The translations under genes and the position numbers were made by a program. Positions 1 through 9,088 of a DNA stretch of 32,000 nt are shown in pieces (positions within the stretch are counted from its first letter, which is position 1; each line of letters starts with the position of its first letter). This stretch comes from Puniceicoccales bacterium (GTDB taxonomy: Bacteria; Verrucomicrobiota; Verrucomicrobiia; Opitutales; LL51): assembly GCA_031283585.1 (NCBI GenBank), contig JAITBP010000013.1:41209-73208 (forward strand), given 5' to 3'. The notes below the pieces were generated by a model that did not search any database, had not been told where the DNA came from, and saw only the letters and a list, made by a program, of their open reading frames with translations.

Positions 1-803
1 ATCTATTTTACTATGATTACAAAATTCCCGATGGAGTCTGCAAAGTACCATATTATTACGAATTGGTTCGTCAGGTAGTGGATAAAAATGGATCAATAGT
101 AGAAAGGGAAGTGGAAAAAACCGAACTATTCAACCTCTCGATAAGTGATAAGTATGTGCTTGGCATGGACTGCAAAAGAGGACCAGTTGGTGCAAGGGTT
201 TGTATACTAGGATCAGGCTTTTTACCAAGAGATATGATCAGGGTTGGTGGCGTGCCGGCTAGAGTCAATAATGTGACGAAAGGAGCCATCGAATTTACGA
301 TACCACTGATGGATGCTGGTACTTTCTATGATGTGATTTTAATCAGCGGCGAAGAGAAAGTGATTATCGATAAATTTTTTATTGATGTTTCTAAATTAGG
401 CACCGATGTGGAATCCATAAGGATTGGTAATGGCGAAAAGGCAATGTTGTCTTTTTTCATAGACCATGATGCTCCGGAAGGAGGAATAGATCTAGATATA
501 ACGACAGATATTCCGGATAGTGTTATTATGCCAGAAGTCAGGATTCCCGAAGGTAGTCGGTTTGCCGAGGTACAAATCGAAGGTAGTAATAACAGCGATG
601 TGGGATCTCTGTTTGTGTACGCAAGGGGATTCAATGAACTAAAAATTCCCATCGAAGTTGGCGAAAACGCTTCGATGATCGAGGAATCCAGGTACAATAG
701 GGTAGAACCCAAACGTCAGGAACGCCGAACCAATGGCCGCCAGGTTGTGGATGATTTTAATTTCGATGACAAAGAGGATGATGACATGGTGGTAGTGAGA
801 TAG
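1..803 (+). CDS. C-terminal part of an IPT/TIG-like (Ig-fold) domain protein with an acidic tail; the 5' end probably lies outside the window
   Basis: The frame of ORF 63..803 stays open back to nt 3 (LFYYDYKIPDGVCKVPYYYE...), so the TTG at 63 is probably internal. The segment GPVGARVCILGSGFLPRDMIRVGGVPARVNNVTKGAIEFTIP looks like an IPT/TIG repeat. The tail is DDFNFDDKEDDDMVVVR. Confidence 0.5.
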   Translation, partial: LFYYDYKIPDGVCKVPYYYELVRQVVDKNGSIVEREVEKTELFNLSISDKYVLGMDCKRGPVGARVCILGSGFLPRDMIRVGGVPARVNNVTKGAIEFTIPLMDAGTFYDVILISGEEKVIIDKFFIDVSKLGTDVESIRIGNGEKAMLSFFIDHDAPEGGIDLDITTDIPDSVIMPEVRIPEGSRFAEVQIEGSNNSDVGSLFVYARGFNELKIPIEVGENASMIEESRYNRVEPKRQERRTNGRQVVDDFNFDDKEDDDMVVVR

Positions 804-903
804 ATGATTATTCCATGGATTTGTTTGTAGTTGGAAACAGGGTCCGTGGAATTATCAAAAAATAGCAGATTTTGTTCAGGCAGTATATGTTCCGGATGCC
901 ATT

Positions 904-1482
904 GTGAGGAATTTATGTAAAAAATTGTCTGGATTCAGTGCACTTGAAGTGGTAGCAACCATTGGTTTGATGTTATTGATATATGCTTTCCTAGGCAGAG
1001 TTGAGTCGGTTTATAGAGAACATGTTAATCGAAATCGTGTGGTTGCCGAACTTGTTGGATTGGTAGCTGCACTGGAAAAGTACAAGGAGATTCATGGGGA
1101 TTACCCAAGGGTATCGAACAATTCAGATGACGATGAAAACAGCAAAACTTTAAACTCGGCACTAAAAGGAAATATGGATCCATTTGGTGCTGTGGTCCCT
1201 GATGATCCTGCCGATGCTCACCCTGGTGATAGGAAAAAAATAAGCCTCATCAATACAAGAATAAGGGAACTAGACGCAAGATTTATTGATCAGTTCGGCA
1301 ATGGCTATTTGTATTATTATGCCACAAGGAATGATGTGGATAACAGGGTATGGACAAGGCATTCATTTGTATTAGTTAGCAAGGGTGTGGACGGAATAAA
1401 AACCGTAGTTATTGGCAACGACGGTACGATTTCGCAACATAAAGGTGATGATATAATTGCAGATAACACTGGAATATTATGA
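904..1482 (+). CDS. Prepilin-type pseudopilin (GspG-like, type II secretion / type IV pilin family)
   Basis: GTG start. KKLSG|FSALEVVATIGLMLLIYAF is a prepilin peptidase site (G/F with Glu at +5) followed by a hydrophobic helix. The next segment, AELVGLVAALEKYKEIHGDYP, resembles the GspG helix. It shares an ATGA overlap with the next gene. Confidence 0.7.
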   Translation: MRNLCKKLSGFSALEVVATIGLMLLIYAFLGRVESVYREHVNRNRVVAELVGLVAALEKYKEIHGDYPRVSNNSDDDENSKTLNSALKGNMDPFGAVVPDDPADAHPGDRKKISLINTRIRELDARFIDQFGNGYLYYYATRNDVDNRVWTRHSFVLVSKGVDGIKTVVIGNDGTISQHKGDDIIADNTGIL

Positions 1483-2105
1483 AAAATTACAAAAAAACCA
1501 TAGGATTTTCACTGGTAGAGCTGGTTATAATTATTTCGGTTGTGGGTATATTGATATCCATTGCCCTGCCAGCCATAAATAAATCCAGTCGCTCTGTAAA
1601 AATTTCCAAAACAAAGATACGCTTTTCCCAGATAGTCAATGCGTTGAAGAGCTACTATAACGAATATGGCTGTTGGCCAGATATATTGACCCCGAATCTA
1701 GCCCATTCTTTTGTTGACAAAAGTACAATATTTTCATCAATGCTTGTGGGTAATTGTAATTACGTTGATGATTCCATGCCAGAGGATTTGCTCTATTTGA
1801 ATCCAAAAAGGTTAAGATTCATCGACATAACAAACAGCGATTTGTATAAACAAAATTCCGTTATACAAAAAGATAGATTAGCAGACAGTTTTAATAACCC
1901 GGCTATTTATGCTGTTTTTTCTAATTCAAATATTCCTTCTGCCAGAATTCTCCAATCTGCCTTCGATGCCTATCCGTCGGTTAAAACCAAGGTGCCCGCC
2001 GATGGCCTTAATGAATCTGTGGTGGTTTTTAGTTGTGCCGAAGTAGGTAAAAATTACGCAGCCGTGAGGGATGATGCGGTTGATGTCCTAAGCTGGGAGA
2101 TATAA
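1479..2105 (+). CDS. Prepilin-type N-terminal cleavage/methylation domain protein (minor pseudopilin-like)
   Basis: KKTIG|FSLVELVIIISVVGILISIALPAI is the canonical G/F..E+5 motif plus a hydrophobic helix. It is translationally coupled (ATGA) to the upstream pseudopilin gene. Confidence 0.7.
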   Translation: MKNYKKTIGFSLVELVIIISVVGILISIALPAINKSSRSVKISKTKIRFSQIVNALKSYYNEYGCWPDILTPNLAHSFVDKSTIFSSMLVGNCNYVDDSMPEDLLYLNPKRLRFIDITNSDLYKQNSVIQKDRLADSFNNPAIYAVFSNSNIPSARILQSAFDAYPSVKTKVPADGLNESVVVFSCAEVGKNYAAVRDDAVDVLSWEI

Positions 2106-2110
2106 GTCTC

Positions 2111-3457
2111 TTACAATAAAAGCTTTTTCAATTTCTGTGTGTTTTCATTATCCACTATGGCGATCATTCTATCGTTGGCATTTATGACATCTTCTGCCCG
2201 GGGAACTTTTGTGCTGAATTTATGCGATAGGGCAACGATTACGCAATTTTTTGGCCATTGGATTTCATTCATTTTTTTACCGATACATTCACTATTTTTT
2301 GAAACTTTTAGCTCTAAAAATGATCCGGAATTATCAGGAAATTTCGATAATTCTACACATTTTTCCGTTGAAAGATATTTGATCAATTCGTTGGCTGTTG
2401 CCACCCGAGGGTATATTATCCTCTTGATACCGAGACCCTTGGTTATATTCATAAGTGTGTTTTCATAGTCGCCTTTATTCAGAGTAAGCATGACATTTTT
2501 AGTCCCAATGTGGCAGGCCTGCAGTGAGGTCATTATGTTTTCCTCATCATCTTTTGTGCAGGCGATGAAATAGTCACTGAGGTTAATTTGTTCTTCTTTC
2601 ATCAGAGTTATCGATGTGGCGTCACCGTGGATGACGGTTATGTTCCTAAACTGTTGCGACAGAAGATCACAGGTTTCTCTGTTTTTTTCAATGATGCGGA
2701 TCTTATATTTTGAGTCGCTCAAATATCTGATCAGAGCTATTGCTGTTTCGTTACCTCCAAACACTGTTATCGACGATGATTCTGGAAACTCCTGGGGCTT
2801 TAATTGGTCGCGAACTTCGCTTATAGCAACAGAATTTCCTACCACTGTTAGTATGTCGCCGATACACATGTTGGTTTCGGCCGTGGCCACCTCATATTTG
2901 TCATTGCGACAGATACATCCTATTCGAACGCTTGGATCCAGCCTTATTTCTCGCAGTGTCCTATCAACAAATTTTGAATCAGCGCTGATTTTTATTTGCT
3001 GGGCATCTATGGAACCTCTGGCGAAATTTTCCACAGCTACTCTCCCAGGGTTTATTATTTCCTTTGCTAATTCTATGGCACACAATGCCTCGGGATTAAC
3101 AAACATATCTATGCCAAAATGCAATTGATAGTTTAGCTGAGAATTATCCACATAGGTTCTGTCCCTGGCTCTGCAGATCGTCATTTCGGCGCCGAGAGCT
3201 TTGGCTATGGAAGCGGACAATAGGTTGGATTTGTCGTCGTTCATCATGGCCATGAAGAAGTCACAGTTTTCGATTCCTGCGTTTATCAATGTCTCAGCAG
3301 AACAGCCATTAGCACATATGATGCGAGCTTCGCATCGTTCATAGATTGCCTTAGATGCCAATGGATCAATATCTATAACCGTTACTCTATGAGACTGACT
3401 AAAAGTCTCTGCCAAAAAACTCCCCACATTACCTGCTCCAACAATGGTGATTTCCAT
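2111..3457 (-). CDS. trkA: Trk potassium uptake system NAD-binding subunit TrkA
   Basis: 448 aa with two tandem RCK halves. Each opens with a Rossmann motif (MEITIVGAGNVGSFLAE and ITVFGGNETAIALIRYL). It is colinear in length and architecture with 458-aa E. coli TrkA. Confidence 0.85.
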   Translation of the reverse strand: MEITIVGAGNVGSFLAETFSQSHRVTVIDIDPLASKAIYERCEARIICANGCSAETLINAGIENCDFFMAMMNDDKSNLLSASIAKALGAEMTICRARDRTYVDNSQLNYQLHFGIDMFVNPEALCAIELAKEIINPGRVAVENFARGSIDAQQIKISADSKFVDRTLREIRLDPSVRIGCICRNDKYEVATAETNMCIGDILTVVGNSVAISEVRDQLKPQEFPESSSITVFGGNETAIALIRYLSDSKYKIRIIEKNRETCDLLSQQFRNITVIHGDATSITLMKEEQINLSDYFIACTKDDEENIMTSLQACHIGTKNVMLTLNKGDYENTLMNITKGLGIKRIIYPRVATANELIKYLSTEKCVELSKFPDNSGSFLELKVSKNSECIGKKMNEIQWPKNCVIVALSHKFSTKVPRAEDVINANDRMIAIVDNENTQKLKKLLL

Positions 3458-3585
3458 AACTATAGGTCATATAATCTAGCCTTTGCTAATCATTTTGCCA
3501 ATCATAGAATCTCATAATTAACATATTTTTTGTTTTTGTGATCGTTTATTAATTTTATTTTACCGGTGTAGATTTATATTATTAA

Positions 3586-3641
3586 GTTTTTACGTTTTTA
3601 CGTTTTTATGTATTTACGTTTTTGCATTCTTATGTTTTTTT
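3586..3641. repeat. Degenerating 8-bp tandem array (GTTTTTAC)n in the trkA/fabI divergent intergenic region
   Basis: The consecutive units read directly are GTTTTTAC, GTTTTTAC, GTTTTTAT, GTATTTAC, GTTTTTGC, ATTCTTAT, GTTTTTTT. Confidence 0.85.
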
Positions 3642-3686
3642 ATATTTTCAACTTTCCAACGCTATCTCAATTTTTTTCATATACCC

Positions 3687-4499
3687 GTGAGCTTTTTAAA
3701 TCTTGAGAACAAAAGAATCTTGGTGGCAGGAGTTGCAAATAGGAAAAGCATAGCCTGGGTTGTGGCTTCGCAGTTAAAAGCCGAGGGTGCGAAGGTGATT
3801 TTTAGCCTGAGGTCTAGGGCTAGACTTGAGGCTCTGGGAAATTTAATTGCCGGTGAGGAGGTGTATATATGTGACGTTGAAAACCGTGAAGATATCTTGG
3901 CCCTTGGGGAAAATCTTGCGAAAAGTGGTGAAAAAATTGATGGATTCGTACATTCGATAGCCTTTGCAAATTATTCAGCCGGTATATGTAAGTTTTATGA
4001 TACCACCAGAGAAGATTTTTTGCAATCCGTTACGATTTCCTGCTTTTCTTTGGTGGAGATGGCCCGGGTATTAAAACCAATATTTTCTACAGACGCCTCG
4101 GTGGTTACAATGGGGATCTCATCCCAGGTGACTGCTGAAAGCTATGGCTATATGGCTCCGATTAAAGCAGCGCTTGATAGCAGTGTGAGGTTTTTGGCAA
4201 AGTCGTTCAGCGCTGACACAAATGTTAGGTTCAACTCGGTTAGGGCCGGCCCATTGAAAACCAGTGCATCAGCTGGCATACCAGGCTATATAAATAACTA
4301 TTTATATGCTGAAAAAATGACATTTCGAAAGAAAGCCATTAGCACCGACGAGGTGGCAAATACGGTGCTTTTTTTACTGAGTAATAGATCAAGCGGTATT
4401 AACGGTCAGGGCATTGTGGTAAATGCCGGCATGGATATTAATTATTTTGACAATGAACTGGTCGATGCTGTTACGAAATCAAGCGCCAATAATTCCTAG
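3687..4499 (+). CDS. fabI: Enoyl-[acyl-carrier-protein] reductase (NADH), FabI
   Basis: GTG start. LENKRILVAGVANRKSIAWVVA matches the FabI N-terminal dinucleotide fold. DGFVHSIAFA is present, and the catalytic Y-x6-K is YGYMAPIKAAL. SVRAGPLKTSASAGI parallels AISAGPIRTLAASGI of E. coli FabI. Confidence 0.88.
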   Translation: MSFLNLENKRILVAGVANRKSIAWVVASQLKAEGAKVIFSLRSRARLEALGNLIAGEEVYICDVENREDILALGENLAKSGEKIDGFVHSIAFANYSAGICKFYDTTREDFLQSVTISCFSLVEMARVLKPIFSTDASVVTMGISSQVTAESYGYMAPIKAALDSSVRFLAKSFSADTNVRFNSVRAGPLKTSASAGIPGYINNYLYAEKMTFRKKAISTDEVANTVLFLLSNRSSGINGQGIVVNAGMDINYFDNELVDAVTKSSANNS

Positions 4500-4735
4500 T
4501 GCCAATGGTATTATTTTGAGTATCTTATACAAGAATGTGAATTTTTTTATTGTGTAGTTAGGGTTTCTCATCATAAAAGGCCAAGACGGTTGTATTAGGG
4601 CTATTATCAATAGGGATTGATTAAAAGTAATTTTATAAAATAATTGAAATATTTGCTTGATATCAAAATTATTAATCTTTCGAATAATCGGTTTGGTAGA
4701 TTTTTATAGAAATAAAACAAAAGTATACTAATGTT

Positions 4736-6577
4736 ATGAACGAAAATGACATCCAGGAGGGGCAAATTGTACAGTCTAAAAACGAGAATATTAAAAAAGG
4801 CCTGCGTGGTAGACCTAGAAAAATTAGAGACAATGTTGATAAATTAGAAGATCATGCCGGCGTTAAAACTGCCAGAGGTACGGCATCACACAGTAAAAAT
4901 GACGCCTGTACGTCTCTGGTCTGTGAGTACACTGATTCCCATGTAGTTGGTGACGATTGGTCGCCAAATGCTAGTCTAAATGAAATTAAAGTAGGCAGTG
5001 AATTGACGCTGAATAGCCTTCCGGAATATGCTGAGGTAAACATCGTGGATAAACCCAGTTCTTTTAGACCTAGGGGCGAAACTAGGCAAAATAAGGTTCA
5101 ATATAAAGATAATCATCCGCAGCAAGATAAAGGCCAAAGCCAAAATATACATCAAAAACAACATTATGTCAGCAATGGTCTGAAGAAAAGATTTCAGTCA
5201 ACGGTTAGAATTGGAGCGTTTTCTCTTGGGAACCTGAGAAATTTGAGTTTTTTCCAAAGAAAAGACCTACTGGATGAGCTTGCGGTCTCTGTCATAGATG
5301 ACACCAAGCCTACCTTCAACATGTCGGATATATACGGTGATCCCCAGGATGTAATGGAGAGTAAGGCTATCAATCTGTTCGGGTTATCGAGCGACAAATT
5401 TATTTCTAAAGGCAAAATCATCGATCTGTGTATCACCGAGGCCTACTTGAAAAAAAGGGCTGTGTTGGTTTCAGGTATTATAGAGTCAATAGAAGGCGGT
5501 GATGGTCTTATTGTGTACAGAGCTGATAACTACCGCATACGGCCCAAAAGTGCCTATATACCAAAATGTCTGATGCAATACTATGGGCTTAGACGAGGCC
5601 AAAACATCGAGGCCTGTATCCATCCCCAATTGGAACAGTCTACCTGTCCATTTGTTTTAAGAGTAAATGATGTTCTTGGGTTTGATCCAAATAAAGTGTC
5701 TATGCTACCACGGTTTAAAGAACTGGTGCCCTATTACCCGACGGAGCGTCTTTTACTGGAGACCACCGATGGCGTAAAATGGGATAATTTTTCTATGCGA
5801 ATTGTCGATTTATTAACTCCCATTGGCCTAGGCCAGAGAGGGTTAATAGTTGCTCCACCGCGGACAGGTAAAACAGTGTTGTTGCAGGGAATTGCAAATG
5901 CGATAACAAACAATCGGCCCGATGCCCATCTCATAATTTTGTTAATCGATGAAAGGCCCGAAGAGGTTACTGATTTTTCAAGACAGACCTTGGGCGAGGT
6001 TATCAGCTCCACATTTGATGAGTCTCCCGATAGTCATGTACATGCGGCGGAGATAGTTGCGGAAAACGCAAGGAGGAGAGTCGAGGCCGGCCAACATGTG
6101 GTAATTCTTTTGGACTCTATAACCAGACTTGCCAGGGCTTATAACGCCGAACAGCCAAGCAGTGGTAAAGTGCTATCTGGTGGTGTGGAAGCCAATGCAT
6201 TACAATTACCTAAGAAATTTTTTGGTTCGGCAAGAAACATAGAAAATGGCGGTAGTTTAACCATAATAGCCACGGCTTTGGTTGAAACCGGCAGCAAGAT
6301 GGATGATGTTATTTTCGAAGAATTCAAAGGCACTGGAAATATGGAACTTCATCTCGATAGAGCCCTATCGGACAAAAGGTTGTTTCCTGCAATAAACCTA
6401 GAACGCAGTGGTACCAGAAAAGAAGAGCTGTTGTATCATCCTGATGAGATAACCAAAATATATGGATTGCGGCGGGCGATGAAAGGAGTCCATCACACGG
6501 AAGCCATGGAAATGCTCATAAGCAGGATGAAAAAGACTCAAAATAATGTGGAATTTTTAATGAATGTGAATCGTTAG
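4736..6577 (+). CDS. rho: Transcription termination factor Rho with a long N-terminal extension
   Basis: The C-terminal ~420 aa are colinear with E. coli Rho. Matching blocks include [29 protein letters not shown] (Walker A), [65 protein letters not shown] and [17 protein letters not shown]. The start choice (4736 versus the internal ATG at 5321) is uncertain. Confidence 0.93.
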   Translation: MNENDIQEGQIVQSKNENIKKGLRGRPRKIRDNVDKLEDHAGVKTARGTASHSKNDACTSLVCEYTDSHVVGDDWSPNASLNEIKVGSELTLNSLPEYAEVNIVDKPSSFRPRGETRQNKVQYKDNHPQQDKGQSQNIHQKQHYVSNGLKKRFQSTVRIGAFSLGNLRNLSFFQRKDLLDELAVSVIDDTKPTFNMSDIYGDPQDVMESKAINLFGLSSDKFISKGKIIDLCITEAYLKKRAVLVSGIIESIEGGDGLIVYRADNYRIRPKSAYIPKCLMQYYGLRRGQNIEACIHPQLEQSTCPFVLRVNDVLGFDPNKVSMLPRFKELVPYYPTERLLLETTDGVKWDNFSMRIVDLLTPIGLGQRGLIVAPPRTGKTVLLQGIANAITNNRPDAHLIILLIDERPEEVTDFSRQTLGEVISSTFDESPDSHVHAAEIVAENARRRVEAGQHVVILLDSITRLARAYNAEQPSSGKVLSGGVEANALQLPKKFFGSARNIENGGSLTIIATALVETGSKMDDVIFEEFKGTGNMELHLDRALSDKRLFPAINLERSGTRKEELLYHPDEITKIYGLRRAMKGVHHTEAMEMLISRMKKTQNNVEFLMNVNR

Positions 6578-6583
6578 TTATTT

Positions 6584-7033
6584 GTGGATGAAATAAAACA
6601 CAGGTTTATGGTTAAAGGTGTCTGTGCGATAGAATGCGCCGACAGGTTTCTTTTGATAAAACGCAGTGTTGGTAATCTAGGTCCAGCGTTGATTTTTCCC
6701 GGTGGTAAAGTCGAGATCGGCGATGGCCACCGTGATATACTTGAGAATACAGTGCGGCGTGAGGTATCAGAAGAATTTGGTTTTCATATTGATGTGGCAT
6801 TGCATTACCTTTGCAGCAATCTATATATGGATATCCATGGTAACCATATAATAGATACCACGTTTTATTGTCGGCTTGGAGAGTTACCGCCCATTGTGGC
6901 GAATGTCAAGGAAGTTCCGGAGTATTTTTGGCTATCCCAGGATGAGATAAAAGCCTCTGGGTGTTCTGGACTGGTAGAATGGAAGATAGCTAAAATTCAA
7001 GTACTTAAGGCACAATTGCCGGGATATTTTTAA
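6584..7033 (+). CDS. NUDIX family hydrolase (MutT-like)
   Basis: GTG start 6 nt after the rho stop. A Nudix-box-like segment, PGGKVEIGDGHRDILENTVRREVSEEFGF, is present (G..E...REV.EE.G pattern). Confidence 0.72.
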   Translation: MDEIKHRFMVKGVCAIECADRFLLIKRSVGNLGPALIFPGGKVEIGDGHRDILENTVRREVSEEFGFHIDVALHYLCSNLYMDIHGNHIIDTTFYCRLGELPPIVANVKEVPEYFWLSQDEIKASGCSGLVEWKIAKIQVLKAQLPGYF

Positions 7034-7127
7034 ATTTATGTGTAGCCGATCAAAGTTTTGGTTGATTTTTTATGACTTTGCCATACAACATAGACCAGGT
7101 TGTATTGTCGGTTAGGATTGGTATATT

Positions 7128-7742
7128 ATGAAACAGTTACAAATTTCTATTGATCAAAGAAGTGAAGTTGGACGCCATAGTTCTTACAGATTGCGCAGGA
7201 AAGGACGTATTCCGGCTGTGGTATATGGAAAATCTGGCGTACATCTGATCAGTGTTTTGGATAAGGACCTGCGTGTCCTTATGAAAGAAAAGGGAAGTTC
7301 AGCGGCCATAGTTGAGCTGGGCGGCGAAGTGGTAAGGAAGTTATCAATTGTGGCCGAAGTTCAGCGCGAGGCTGTTTCAGGTAGGTTTATGCATGTGGAT
7401 TTTCATGAAATTTCAGAAAATGAAAAAATCCATCTGGTGGTTCCTATAAAGTTGGTTGGTGAATCCTATGGTGTGAAAAATGAAGGCGCCATTATCGAGC
7501 AGGTTCGTCATGAGCTTGGTGTTCGTTGTCTTCCGAAGGACATGATGGAGCATATCATTATCGATGTAAGCAACTTAAAAGTCGGAAATTCGATCCATAT
7601 TAAAGACATATCTATGCCGAAAGGTGTTGAGTTGATTGGTAGCAGCGATGCCATTGTTCTGTCCTGTGTAGGTCAGAATGAATCTGCAGAGAATGAACCT
7701 TCTGCCGAGGAACCAAAACCAGCTGAATCTTCGAAATCCTAG
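7128..7742 (+). CDS. rplY: 50S ribosomal protein L25 / general stress protein Ctc (long form)
   Basis: RSEVGRHSSYRLRRKGRIPAVVYGK is the typical L25 N-terminus. The 204-aa length and the acidic/Pro-rich tail fit the Ctc form. It lies directly upstream of pth, as in many genomes. Confidence 0.85.
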   Translation: MKQLQISIDQRSEVGRHSSYRLRRKGRIPAVVYGKSGVHLISVLDKDLRVLMKEKGSSAAIVELGGEVVRKLSIVAEVQREAVSGRFMHVDFHEISENEKIHLVVPIKLVGESYGVKNEGAIIEQVRHELGVRCLPKDMMEHIIIDVSNLKVGNSIHIKDISMPKGVELIGSSDAIVLSCVGQNESAENEPSAEEPKPAESSKS

Positions 7743-7751
7743 TCCGTTGGC

Positions 7752-8390
7752 ATGTTGCCCCGTGTATTTATTGGCCTTGGTAACCCGGGCGTTGAATATG
7801 ATGGCACAAGGCATAATGTTGGTGCCCATGTACTTAGTGAATTTGCCAGTCGTGTTTTTGCCATTGAATTGGCTTCCTGGAAGCGTGACAATTCACTGGG
7901 CTGTAGATTTGCCAAGGTGCTATATAAAGAAAGACCTATCTTTCTGGTTCGGCCAGCTACATTTATGAATGATTCTGGGCCGGCGGTTTCAAGGTTTTGT
8001 TCCTATTTTAAAATAGATGCCAAGGAGGTCGTTGTTCTTTGCGATGATATAACGATCCCTGTTGGTGAGTATAAACTAACTACAAGAGAAGGAGATGCAG
8101 GTCACAATGGAATAAAAAGCATAGCTGAATACCTGGGCCATGGCTTTTCCAGGTTTAGAATAGGTATAGGAGGGAAAAAACATAGGCTTATGATGCTTGC
8201 AGATCATGTAATTGGCCAATTGCCGGCTGAAGATAGAGAAAAAATTGACAGCAATTTGAATAATATTTTCGATGGACTGAAGCTACTGCTTGACAAAGGT
8301 GCCAGCTACTCTATGAACTTCATAAATCGTGGTATTGGAAAGCACAGTGAAGATGTATCGCTACCGGGCGACAATGGTGTTGGATACTAG
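7752..8390 (+). CDS. pth: Peptidyl-tRNA hydrolase
   Basis: VFIGLGNPGVEYDGTRHNVGAHVL is the Pth signature (GLGNPG...TRHN.G). Later blocks are VLCDDITIPVGEYKL and GHNGIKSI. Confidence 0.9.
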   Translation: MLPRVFIGLGNPGVEYDGTRHNVGAHVLSEFASRVFAIELASWKRDNSLGCRFAKVLYKERPIFLVRPATFMNDSGPAVSRFCSYFKIDAKEVVVLCDDITIPVGEYKLTTREGDAGHNGIKSIAEYLGHGFSRFRIGIGGKKHRLMMLADHVIGQLPAEDREKIDSNLNNIFDGLKLLLDKGASYSMNFINRGIGKHSEDVSLPGDNGVGY

Positions 8391-8640
8391 AAATTATCAG
8401 GATTCTTTGGAGTCTTTGATCGATAAATTGAAGGATGCGTTTGTTGCACTTGGCTGTCAGCTGAGTGATACGATCCACATTGGTCAGAAAGTTTTTGAAA
8501 GGATAACCGATAAAAAATTTCAGGCCGGTGTTTATGTTCGGATTTTGTTTGAAGCCGGTTCTAGTATTCCAAAGATGATTAATGATAGATTCGCATTGGA
8601 TAAAACCATCAATAGGATAATGATAGAGCGTTGTAAATAA
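8353..8640 (+). CDS. rpsF: 30S ribosomal protein S6
   Basis: MYRYRATMVLDTR... is followed by VFERITDKKFQAGVYVRILFEAGSSIPKMINDRFALDKTINRIMIER, which follows the S6 pattern (LAY.I.K...G.Y....F.A......EL.......V.R). It sits upstream of ssb and rplI. The start is uncertain (8329, 8353 or 8374), and every option overlaps the pth 3' end. Confidence 0.7.
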   Translation: MYRYRATMVLDTRNYQDSLESLIDKLKDAFVALGCQLSDTIHIGQKVFERITDKKFQAGVYVRILFEAGSSIPKMINDRFALDKTINRIMIERCK

Positions 8641-8645
8641 GTGAA

Positions 8646-9077
8646 ATGGCATCTTTTAATAAAGTCATACTGCTTGGAAATTTGACAAGAGATCCGGAGA
8701 TCCGGACGACCAATAGTGGTGTATCGATTTGTAAGTTTGGCCTCGCGACTACTCGTATTAGTCGTTCCCAGGAAGGAGATAGTCGCGAGGAGGTTGTGTT
8801 TGTGGATGTGGATTGCTTTGGTAAGCAAGCTGATTTGATATCTAAATATTTTACCAAAGGTAAACCTATATTTATAGAGGGTAGATTGAGATTGGATCAA
8901 TGGGAGTCTTCCTCCGGCGAAAAACGCAGTAAACTGGTTGTTGTTCTTGAGAGTTTTCAGTTTGTTGGTTCCAAAGGGGATGATAACTTAGATGGTACTG
9001 GATTAGAACGGGTTGGCGTTGTTTCCAATGATTCTTCCCAGGATCAGATCAGCGGTGATGAGGATGTTCCTTTTTGA
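8646..9077 (+). CDS. ssb: Single-stranded DNA-binding protein
   Basis: MASFNKVILLGNLTRDPEIRTTNSG opens a typical OB fold. VVFVDVDCFGKQAD and FIEGRLRLDQWE are present, followed by a Gly/Asp-rich linker and the acidic C-terminal tip DEDVPF. Confidence 0.9.
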   Translation: MASFNKVILLGNLTRDPEIRTTNSGVSICKFGLATTRISRSQEGDSREEVVFVDVDCFGKQADLISKYFTKGKPIFIEGRLRLDQWESSSGEKRSKLVVVLESFQFVGSKGDDNLDGTGLERVGVVSNDSSQDQISGDEDVPF

Positions 9078-9088
9078 TTTTTTAAGAA

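Noticed and set aside
2139-3128. + strand ORFs 2139..2468 and 2616..3128 inside trkA
   Set aside because: They are antisense shadows of a confidently assigned trkA, with hydrophobic or low-information translations and no family resemblance.
7575-8900. Overlapping ORFs 7575..7829(-), 7678..7968(+), 8320..8652(-), 8532..8900(-) and 8609..8857(-)
   Set aside because: All overlap ctc, pth, rpsF or ssb in alternative or antisense frames. The annotated frames have clear family signatures, so these are shadow ORFs.
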